64,000 nucleotides of DNA from Planctomycetota bacterium (GTDB lineage: Bacteria > Planctomycetota > JAJSAM01 > JAJVHW01). This document shows positions 49,689 through 58,187 of the stretch, piece after piece. The DNA is taken from contig CBDFJG010000003.1 in assembly GCA_965248445.1 (NCBI GenBank), forward strand, positions 960,001-1,024,000, in the 5' to 3' direction. Numbering within the stretch: the first letter of the stretch is position 1; every line of letters begins with the position of its first letter. Position numbers and translations under genes: made by a program. The notes under the pieces are model-generated. The model made no database searches. It saw nothing but the letters and a program-made list of their open reading frames with translations, and was not told the DNA's origin.

Positions 49689-52077
49689 GTGCCCCTTCGA
49701 AGTACCCGTCTGCCCGCCGCCCCGGTTCTCGCCGCGGGACTCCTGGCGGGTGCCGCGAGCGTTCCCACCGGCCCCGTGGGACCCGTCGTCGGCCTCCTAT
49801 CTGCGCCCCTGCTCGTCCTGGCCGCCGGCGGGGCCCTGCGACTCGGAGCGCGCTCCCGTCACGGCCTCCTGGCCGCTCTGGCGCTTTCGGCGGCCGCCGC
49901 AGGCGCGGTGCGAGCAGCCGCCGCTCAGGCGCCGCGGCCACCACCCGGGCTGGACACCGGTCCGGGACGCCTCGAGCTGATCGTGACGCGCGCCTCGCCG
50001 GCCGTGGCGGCCGGCCGTGCCCCTTCAACACCGGGCGCCGCCGCCTGGGTCGCGGGACGGCAGGCGGGACCACGGGGCGCCGCAGAGGGACCGGTCATCC
50101 GGGTGCGCATTCCGCAGTCAGAGGGTCTCCGGCGGACCGGCCGGCGGGCGCCCGTCCGCCCGGGGGAGCGCGCCCTGGTCAGCTTCGGCTCGTTGCGGAC
50201 CGTCGACTCGGGCGCCCATGCGGGCGCACACCGAGCGCCGCGCCTGATCGCACACGTCGCCGGACCGGATTCGCTGCGACCCGTCGGCCGGGCGCCGTCG
50301 CCGTTCGCCCCCCTGCTGCGCCTGTCAGCGCGGGCGCGGAGCGGAGTCCGCACGCGGCTGACGCAGGCGACAGGAGATCGCGGCTCCGCCGCCGTCCTGG
50401 CGTGTCTCTTGGTAGGCGACCGCGACGGGATCCCGCCGTCGCTCCGCTCCGCGTTCCGACGGGCGGGCCTGGCGCACCTGCTCGCGGTCAGCGGCCTCCA
50501 CGTCGTGCTCCTGGCGCGGGTGGCGGAGGCGCTGCTGGCCGCGGCTCTCTCCACGCGCGTGCGGCCGCGACGACGGGAACTCGTGCTCGCGGCGGTGCTC
50601 CTGCCGGCACTGACCGCCTACGCCTTGCTCTGCGGACTCGCGCTGCCGGTCGTGCGGGCCTGCGTGTTCCTGGTGGTCGCACGGATAGCGCGCTGCGTCC
50701 GGCGGCGCAGCACGACACTCGATCATCTAGCGGTGGCTGCGACCATCATGATCATCGCAGCACCGGGCGAGAGTCGTGCGCCGGGCTTCCACCTGTCCTT
50801 TGCTGCGGTCGCCGGTCTGGCCCTGCTCACTCCGCGGTTCGAGGAGGCGCTGTTCCCGGGCCTCGCGGTCTTGCGCGCATTCCCCGCGGCGGTGCCGCGC
50901 TGGCGCCTGCGGGTCCACACGTTCTTCGCCCGGGCTGTGTCGGCTGCACTCGCAGCGCACGTCGGCGCAGCGCCGGTCGTGGCCGCCGCGTTCGGCGACG
51001 TGCACCTCGTCGGCCCGCTGGCGAACGTCCCGGCGGTCGCGCTGACGGCGTGGCTGCTCCCCGCAGCCGCTGTCGGTGCTCTGTGCGGCGGACTCCTGCC
51101 ACGTCCCGGGGGTGCACTGCTTCGCGTCGCGACGGACGCGCTCGAGGGCCTCGCGAAGAACGGCCGCTGCCGTACCCCACGCCACGCTCTCGCCCGGTAG
51201 CCCCCCCGTCGTCTCACTCGCCGCGGCGATCGCGCTCCTGTTGTACGCAGCGAGCCGCGGGCGCTGGACCCGAGTCCACCTGCTGTTGCCGCTCGGCGCA
51301 CTGCTCCTTCTCTCTCTCGGGTCGAACCCACTCCGGTCGGGCAGCCCCGACACAGGCATAACCGTGCTGCCCGTGGGACATGGGCAGGCGGTACTGCTCC
51401 GCGCGGGTGGCACGAACGTCCTGGTCGACGCCGGCTCGCGGCTTCCGTCGGTCGCCGCGCGGCGCATCGTGACCTCGTTGGGTCGCGCCGGGGTGCGACA
51501 CCTGGATGCGCTGGTTCTCTCGCACGAGGACGCCGACCATTGCGGTGCGGTCGCGGCCCTCCTGGCGCTTGTGTCCGTGGATCGTGCACTCGTGCCCGCC
51601 GGGTTCGGGGGCGACGCAACGGCTGAAGCCGCTCTCGCGGCGCTCCACGACGCCGGCGTGCCCGTCTCGCGGATCGGGCGCAACGACGTTCACGAGTGGC
51701 CGTCGCTGACTCTTCGAGCGCTCCATCCGCGCGCGGACCGCCCGGGTCCGGTCGGCAACGAGGGCTCGCTCGTGCTCCACGCGCGACTCCTGCTCGATGA
51801 CGGCGAACTGAGCGTGTTGCTTCCGGCCGACGTCGAGGGACTGGCGCTGACCACCCTCGCCCGTGACCCCACTCTTCCCCGTTCGGACGTGCTCCTGCTG
51901 CCCCATCACGGTCGCGGCCCGCCGCGGCAACTGCGTGCGCTGGCCCGGCGGGTCGGCGCGCGGCACCTGATCGCGAGCGCCGCCACAGCAGCGGACGTAT
52001 CGCTGCGCGACGTGCACGTCACGGGACGCGACGGCACGATTCACGTAGACCTCGACGGACTGAGAACCGGGCGCTGA
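49689..52077 (+). pseudogene. comEC: ComEC/Rec2 competence protein split by a single-base frameshift near 51156-51160
   Basis: GLAHLLAVSGLHV, PVVRA and GFHLSFAAV in ORF 49689-51200; VGHGQA, LVDAG, LSHEDADH, LPADVE, PHHG metallo-beta-lactamase motifs in overlapping ORF 51076-52077; could be a sequencing error; start uncertain. Confidence 0.75.
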
Positions 52078-52728
52078 TCAGCGCAGGACGCCGACCCAGA
52101 GGCCGTCGCCGATCGGCACGATCACGCTCTCCACGCGGTGCTCTGCCGCCATGCGCTCGTTGAAGGCGATGACTGCCGGCACCTCCCGGTCGGTCGGGTG
52201 CTCCTGGAACAACTGCCCGAACGCGAACGCATTGTCGACCATGACCAGACCCCCCGGACGGAGTATCCGCAGGCACTCGGTCAGGTACACGTCGTAGCCC
52301 GACTTATCGGCGTCGAGGAAGCAGGCATCCGCCGACCGGTCCTCGAGCGTCGGGAGCACCGCGCGCGCGTCGCCACGCAGAACGTCCACGCGCCCGGCGA
52401 CGTCTGACCGGGCGATCCACTCGTCGGCGAAGTCCGCGTGCGCGTCCAGCAGTTCGAGGGTGCGCACACGGCCGTCCGGCGGGAGCGCGCGCGCCATCGC
52501 GATGGCGGAGTAGCCGGCGAGCGTTCCGACCTCGACGACTTCGCGCGCACCGCGCAGCCGCAGGAGGATCTGCATCAGCGCCGCTTGCTCGGGCGAAACC
52601 CAGATGGCTGGGATTCCAGCGGACTGCGCAGCGGTCTTCAGATCCCGGAGGAAGTCGCCCTCGTCCGTCGTGCGCTCGCGGATGTACGCGAAGTGCCGGT
52701 CGGTGACCCGCGTGGACTCTTCGGACAC
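52078..52728 (-). CDS. Class I SAM-dependent O-methyltransferase (caffeoyl-CoA OMT-like)
   Basis: VVEVGTLAGYSAI, FLDADK, LRPGGLVMVDN, PIGDGL. Confidence 0.92.
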   Translation of the reverse strand: MSEESTRVTDRHFAYIRERTTDEGDFLRDLKTAAQSAGIPAIWVSPEQAALMQILLRLRGAREVVEVGTLAGYSAIAMARALPPDGRVRTLELLDAHADFADEWIARSDVAGRVDVLRGDARAVLPTLEDRSADACFLDADKSGYDVYLTECLRILRPGGLVMVDNAFAFGQLFQEHPTDREVPAVIAFNERMAAEHRVESVIVPIGDGLWVGVLR

Positions 52729-52831
52729 GTCATGCCTCCCTTGGCGTCACGCGCCGTGCTGAACGACGCCGCCGGGATCGTCCTCGACTCACGGCCTCGA
52801 TTGATGCGAAATCGGGAGCGGAGGATCCGCC

Positions 52832-53194
52832 ATGGCCCACACCCCGACGCTCGCCGACCTCACCACAGCCGTACGCCGCTTCCGCGACGACCGCAACTGG
52901 AAGCAGTTCCACACTCCGAAAGACCTCGCTATCTCGATCGTCCTGGAGGCGTCGGAGTTGCTCGAGCAGTTCCAGTGGAAGACGGACGACGCGGTTCGAG
53001 CGCACCTGGCGGACTCTGCCGGACGGGCCGCCGTCACAGACGAGCTGGCGGACGTGCTGCTTCTGCTCGTGAACGCCGCTGACGTGCTGGAGGTCGATCT
53101 GCTGCCGGCCGCGTTCGACAAGCTCGCGCGCAACGCGGCGAAGTACCCCGTCGAGAAGTCGCGGGGCAACGCGCAGAAGTACGACTCGCTCTGA
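52832..53194 (+). CDS. MazG-like nucleotide pyrophosphohydrolase (dCTP pyrophosphatase-like)
   Basis: RNWKQFHTPKDLA...EASELLEQFQW, DELADV, KYPVEKSRG. Confidence 0.92.
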   Translation: MAHTPTLADLTTAVRRFRDDRNWKQFHTPKDLAISIVLEASELLEQFQWKTDDAVRAHLADSAGRAAVTDELADVLLLLVNAADVLEVDLLPAAFDKLARNAAKYPVEKSRGNAQKYDSL

Positions 53195-53200
53195 CCTGGG

Positions 53201-54484
53201 CTACTGCCGCACGTCCGGTTCGTGGCGGATGCTCACCACGGCCGTGCCGCCGTTGGCCAGGTTGGCCATCGGCAGCAGGAACCGTCGCGAGTTGAGCGGC
53301 GCACCAGCGGCGTGCGTGTGAACGACCGGCACCTCCAGAGTGACGGCGGGGCCGTCACCTGAGAACCGGGTGGTGTACGGCACCCAGTTCGGCGACACGA
53401 GCCACACCACCTCGAGTGCGCCGTCCGCTGTGACGCGCGCGGTGTATCCGCTCTCGAGCGTCGCGACCACGGGTTGGAACACGTTGGGAAGTCCGGCGGC
53501 GTCGCTCCTGGCATCCGGGCTCACCTTGCCCGGCTCGTACCCGCCCACGTAGCTCTCCATCAGGACGACTCGTGCGTGAGAGCCGGGGACGTCGACCAGC
53601 CGCGACGCCGCGAGGGCTTGCATGTCCCCGAACTGCCGCTCGTCCCAGTGGATCGGCGTGCCCGGTACGAGATGCTGGCGCGCCGTCCACGCGCCGACTT
53701 CCAGTGTGTTCGCCCGCCCGCTCCGCACCGCGAGCGCGTCGAGCAGCGCGCGCAACTCCGCGACGTCCTCGTCGTCGCCGAAGTCGAGTACGTCGTCCGG
53801 AGGGTCGATGTTCTCGGCCGCACGCACGGTGATGCTCCCCCGGCCGCGCCGTCCGACCGACGTCGTCGCGAACCAGCGCTTCTCGCCCGGAGTCAGCCGC
53901 AGTGCCCCGGCCACCTCCTCCACGATCAACTTGGGGATCTGGATCGTCCCGCCGGGGGCGCCCTTCTGGAACGCCACACTCCGGAGCGGGATCGGATGCT
54001 GGAGGTCAGTTGCCGTCAGTCGGTAGGCGACGTCGATCTTCCCGTCGTCCGACGGCGCGGACCGTACGACGTACTCGATAAGCAGACCGTCCTGGATCAC
54101 ACCGACGATCGGATCCGAGACCCACGCTCCGTGCGTGCGCTCGACCTCGAAGGTCTGCACGAACGATGTCTGGTTCGCGACGGATACGTTGGCCGCCTGG
54201 TCCTCGAACAGAGTGACCCGCGGCGCGGTCAGCGTCGTGCCCTCGGACGAGAGGACCTCGACCGAGACCTCGAACATGCGCGACGAACGCCCGGCCTGCG
54301 CGGGCGCCGACGCGCGAGGCAGGTCGAGCGCTCCGGCGGCCGCAGTCCCCACGGTCGCTCCGTGCGGCACCGTGTCCAGCGAGACCAGCGCGGGGACGGC
54401 ACCGCGCTCGGCCCGATCGCTCCCGCAGCCGGCAAGGAGGCCAAGCCCGGCCAGGGGGATCAGGACGGCCGACGCCATGCGCAT
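53201..54484 (-). CDS. Lipoprotein with two tandem secretin-core-like segments ('mini-secretin')
   Basis: Lipobox LAGC; APRVTLFEDQAANVSVANQTSFVQTFEVE...DPIVGVIQDG aligns by eye with secretins A and B of this window; a second, degenerate copy follows; start 54484 or 54478. Confidence 0.65.
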   Translation of the reverse strand: MRMASAVLIPLAGLGLLAGCGSDRAERGAVPALVSLDTVPHGATVGTAAAGALDLPRASAPAQAGRSSRMFEVSVEVLSSEGTTLTAPRVTLFEDQAANVSVANQTSFVQTFEVERTHGAWVSDPIVGVIQDGLLIEYVVRSAPSDDGKIDVAYRLTATDLQHPIPLRSVAFQKGAPGGTIQIPKLIVEEVAGALRLTPGEKRWFATTSVGRRGRGSITVRAAENIDPPDDVLDFGDDEDVAELRALLDALAVRSGRANTLEVGAWTARQHLVPGTPIHWDERQFGDMQALAASRLVDVPGSHARVVLMESYVGGYEPGKVSPDARSDAAGLPNVFQPVVATLESGYTARVTADGALEVVWLVSPNWVPYTTRFSGDGPAVTLEVPVVHTHAAGAPLNSRRFLLPMANLANGGTAVVSIRHEPDVRQ

Positions 54485-54599
54485 CCCGGCACGTTCCCGG
54501 CACGCGGTCACGCCGCGGTCATTCGATCCGTCATGGCCTGTTTCGGCCGCTCGCGGACCTCACCGTGAGCGGCGCCGGGCCGCTGTAGCATCCGGAGCC

Positions 54600-55196
54600 A
54601 TGGAGATCCGCGCTGACGACCTGTCCTCGCGGGACGCGTACCGGCTCTCGATCGCCTGCGTGATCCCGCGACCCATTGCCTGGGTGAGCACCTGCGACCA
54701 CTCGGGCCGGGCGAACCTCGCGCCGTTCAGCTTCTTCGGTGGCGTGAGCAGCGCTCCCCCCACCGTGATGGTCTCCGTGGGACGGCGCCGCGGCGAGCGC
54801 AAGGACACGGCGCGGAACCTGCTCGCGCGGCGGGAATGCGTCGTCCACCTCGCCGATCGGGCGCTCGCCGAGCCGATGGTCCGTACTTCGGCAGAGGCTC
54901 CGCACGGCGAGAGCGAGTTCGAGCTGGCCGGGCTGACAGCCGTCGCCTCGACGGAGGTCACACCGCCCCGCGTGGGCGAGGCCAAGATCGCGATGGAGGC
55001 GATCCTGGCACGGCACCTGGAGATCGGGGCCGGTCCCGTCGATCTCTTCCTCCTGGAGGTGGTGCGGTTCCACCTGGACGACGGGATCGTGGTGGACGGC
55101 CTGCCGGATGCTGCTCGGCTGGCAGCCGTGGGGCGTCTCGGGGGTATCTCGTACTGTGACACGCACGAGGTGTTCGACATTGCGCGACCCGGGTAG
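54600..55196 (+). CDS. Flavin reductase-like (FMN-binding split barrel) protein
   Basis: VIPRPIAWVST, NLAPFSFF, KDTARN, ESEF, PPRV, VGRLGG. Confidence 0.9.
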   Translation: MEIRADDLSSRDAYRLSIACVIPRPIAWVSTCDHSGRANLAPFSFFGGVSSAPPTVMVSVGRRRGERKDTARNLLARRECVVHLADRALAEPMVRTSAEAPHGESEFELAGLTAVASTEVTPPRVGEAKIAMEAILARHLEIGAGPVDLFLLEVVRFHLDDGIVVDGLPDAARLAAVGRLGGISYCDTHEVFDIARPG

Positions 55197-55217
55197 CGCG
55201 ACCGGAGGCGGAGCGGC

Positions 55218-56579
55218 ATGCACATCGTGATCGGCGGTGCCGACGAGGTTGCATACCGCCTCGCCGAGACGCTCATGGACGACCACGACGTCGTCATGGT
55301 GATCCCGGAGGACGCGCGCACCCCGCGGCTGGACGCTCTCGACGTGCAGGTCGTGTTCGGGGACGGTCCGGCTGGGCCCGGGCTCCGTAAGGCGCGCGTG
55401 GAAGACGCCGCCGCGTTCGTCGCCTGCACGGTCAACGACGAGCGCAATCTCGTCGCCTGCGTCGCCGCCAAGAAGCTCGGCGCGGCACGGACGATCTGCT
55501 TCCTGTTCCGGCGCGACACCACGACGACGACCCGCGACGACGACGCCGAGTTGGCACGCTCACTCGGCATCGACGTCGTCGTGCGGCCAGCCCAGCAACT
55601 CGCGGACGAGATCGTGCGCATCGTGACCGTGCCCGGAGCACTGGACGTCGAGGACTTCCTGGACGGCCGCGTGCAGCTGTTCCGCCACTCCGTCGAGGAC
55701 GGCGCTCCGATCACCGCGGGACCGCTCCGCGAGATCGGCGCCCCCGAGGGCGTCGTGCTCGTCATGGGCCGCCGCGGCGACGAGATCTTCCTGCCCAAGG
55801 GCGACACGCACTTCCAGCCGGGCGACAAGGTCACCGCGATGGGAAGCCCGCGCCGGCTGCAGAAGCTGCTGCGCAAGCACCTGCGGTCCCGTGGTCACAC
55901 CTCCGACAGCCACTCCGCCACGATCGTGGGCGGCGGCGCCGTCGGGATCGAGATCGCCCGCGGACTCGAGAAGCGCGGCTGGTCCATCAAGCTCATCGAG
56001 CAGAACAGGCGCCGATGCGACGAGATCGCCCCGCTGATCCGGGGACTCGTGCTGCACGGCGACGGCGGAGACCTGGAGCTCCTGGAGCAGGAGAACGTCA
56101 GCCAGGCGCCCGTGCTGATCGCGGTCACGAGCAATGATGAGAAGAACCTGCTCGTCTCGTTGCTGGCGAAGCAGATCGGCGTGCCGCGCATCGTGACGCG
56201 GGCGGACGTACTCGCGAACGAACGCCTGTTCGATCGCGTGGGCGTCGACGTCGTGCGCAGCGCTCGCGGTGCCGCCATCCATGCCGTGGCACGCCGGTTC
56301 CTGAGCCACCGCACCGAGCTGCTCGTCGAGCTGGAGCACGGTGACGCGGAAGTCCTCGACCTGACTCTCCCGGCCGAGACACGCCGCGTGCGCTTGAAGG
56401 ACCTTCATCAGCCGGTCTTCGCGATCGTCGGAGCGATCGTGCGCGGACGCGACGTCATCATCCCGACCGGCAATGACGAGGTGAGAGGGGGAGATCACAT
56501 CCTCGTGTTCTGCACGAGCGATGCTGAGGAGCAGGTGCGCGATTTCTTCCTCCGCGAACTCCAGGAACCCGTGGAGTAG
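55218..56579 (+). CDS. trkA: Trk potassium uptake regulatory subunit TrkA (two RCK_N/RCK_C units)
   Basis: Duplicated RCK architecture, IVGGGAVG, VLHGDG, DEKNLLVSLLAK, VIIPTG. Confidence 0.9.
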   Translation: MHIVIGGADEVAYRLAETLMDDHDVVMVIPEDARTPRLDALDVQVVFGDGPAGPGLRKARVEDAAAFVACTVNDERNLVACVAAKKLGAARTICFLFRRDTTTTTRDDDAELARSLGIDVVVRPAQQLADEIVRIVTVPGALDVEDFLDGRVQLFRHSVEDGAPITAGPLREIGAPEGVVLVMGRRGDEIFLPKGDTHFQPGDKVTAMGSPRRLQKLLRKHLRSRGHTSDSHSATIVGGGAVGIEIARGLEKRGWSIKLIEQNRRRCDEIAPLIRGLVLHGDGGDLELLEQENVSQAPVLIAVTSNDEKNLLVSLLAKQIGVPRIVTRADVLANERLFDRVGVDVVRSARGAAIHAVARRFLSHRTELLVELEHGDAEVLDLTLPAETRRVRLKDLHQPVFAIVGAIVRGRDVIIPTGNDEVRGGDHILVFCTSDAEEQVRDFFLRELQEPVE

Positions 56580-56585
56580 CGCGGC

Positions 56586-58157
56586 GTGCGGATCGGACTC
56601 GTCCTCGGCGTGGTCGGACAGATCCTGCGCCCGTTCTCCCTGGCGTTCATCCCCCCGCTGCTGATCGCGCTCCGCGACGGTCTCTTCGACGAGCACTGGG
56701 TGCTCGACTATCGCGCCGAGAATCTCACGGAGGCCGCTCGCTTCGCCGTCACCGGCCTGACGACGTTCGCGCTGGGCACGCTGCTCGCCCGCATGTTCCG
56801 CAAGCAGCCGTTCTTCCGCCGGAACGAGGCACTGGCGGTCGTGGCGCTCACCTGGTCGCTGATCGGGCTCGTCGCGGCCGTCCCCTACCTCCTGAACGGA
56901 TTCGCCCCCGAGGACGCACTGTTCGAGTCGATCTCCGGGCTGACCACGACGGGCGCCACGATCCTCGACGGCGAGATGTGGGACCAGTCCCGCGCGTTCT
57001 TCCTCTGGCGCGCGATGACGCAGTGGTTCGGCGGACTGGGTGTCATCGCGCTGTTCGTCGTCGTCCTGCCCCGCCTCGGCATCGCCGGGCGGCAGATCTT
57101 CTTCGCCGAGTCATCCAGCGCTCCGTCCGAGGCGGTCGCGCCGTCCGTCCGCCGGAGCGCGCGGAAGCTGTGGATCTTCTATGTGGCGGCGACCATCGTC
57201 ATGGCCGGTCTGCTCACCTGGGCGTTCAGGGACAGCAAGCTGTCGACGGGCGCTGACGCGGGCATCTACGAGGCGTTCATCCACTCACTCACGACGCTCT
57301 GCGCGGGCGGCTTCTCGAACGATCCACGCTCTATTCTCGGAATCACGAACTCCGCGGATGCCGAGTGGATCTTCTGCGGCTTCATGTTCCTGGCCGGCGC
57401 GAGCTATCCGCTCATGTTGATTGCCGTCACCCGCAATCCGCTGGTGCTGTTCAAGGACGGCGAGTTCAAGCTCTACACACTGGTTGCGCTGGCGACGACC
57501 GCAGCCATCGCACTCCTGCTCATGCAGCGGTACGCGAGTGAGGGCCTCGACGTCGAGAACGCCGATGCGATCCGCCACGCGCTATTCCAGGTCGCGAGCC
57601 TCATCTCCTCGGCCGGATTCGCGAGCCAGGACTTCGAGATCTGGTCGCCGGGCATCAAGGCGATCCTCATCATCGTGATGATCCTGGGCGGTTGCGCGGG
57701 CTCCGCCGCCGGCGGCGCAAAGGAGGTTCGGTTCCTCCTCGTGTTCAAGTTCCTGCGCCGAGAATTCACACGCGCGCTGCACCCGCGCGCCGTCATCCCC
57801 ATCCGGCATGGCGGACAGGCGGTCAGCGAGAACGTCATGCGCGCGATCTTCCTGCTCGTGCTGCTGTACGGCATCGGCTACGGCGTCGTCGCGCTCCCCG
57901 TGATCCTGCTGGGTCCGGAGATCTCGCTCGAGGAGGGCTTCTCGGCGGCCGTCGCGTGCCTGTCCAACGTCGGTCCCGCGTTCGGCCGGGCGGGGCCGAT
58001 GGGCACGTACCAGGAGTTCCACTGGGGTTCGAAGCTGACCCTCACGTTCGCCATGCTCGTCGGCCGCCTCGAGATCGTCACGATCCTCAGCCTGCTGCAG
58101 TGGCAGGCCTGGCAGGGACTTCGGCTGGGCCTCGAACGCGAGCGCTCGGTTAGATAG
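56586..58157 (+). CDS. trkH: Trk potassium uptake membrane protein TrkH
   Basis: FESISGLTTTGATI, WRAMTQWFGGLG, GGCAGS-x-x-GG, LHPRAV, SNVGP, GRLE. Confidence 0.92.
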   Translation: MRIGLVLGVVGQILRPFSLAFIPPLLIALRDGLFDEHWVLDYRAENLTEAARFAVTGLTTFALGTLLARMFRKQPFFRRNEALAVVALTWSLIGLVAAVPYLLNGFAPEDALFESISGLTTTGATILDGEMWDQSRAFFLWRAMTQWFGGLGVIALFVVVLPRLGIAGRQIFFAESSSAPSEAVAPSVRRSARKLWIFYVAATIVMAGLLTWAFRDSKLSTGADAGIYEAFIHSLTTLCAGGFSNDPRSILGITNSADAEWIFCGFMFLAGASYPLMLIAVTRNPLVLFKDGEFKLYTLVALATTAAIALLLMQRYASEGLDVENADAIRHALFQVASLISSAGFASQDFEIWSPGIKAILIIVMILGGCAGSAAGGAKEVRFLLVFKFLRREFTRALHPRAVIPIRHGGQAVSENVMRAIFLLVLLYGIGYGVVALPVILLGPEISLEEGFSAAVACLSNVGPAFGRAGPMGTYQEFHWGSKLTLTFAMLVGRLEIVTILSLLQWQAWQGLRLGLERERSVR

Positions 58158-58187
58158 CGGCACCAACAGGACCTACCCTGACAGCAG

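Noticed and set aside
55218..58157. Altered TrkA first nucleotide-binding motif (GGADEVA) and TrkH pore-loop variants as a novel ion specificity
   Set aside because: Filter glycines are retained; cannot be distinguished from ordinary divergence without alignments
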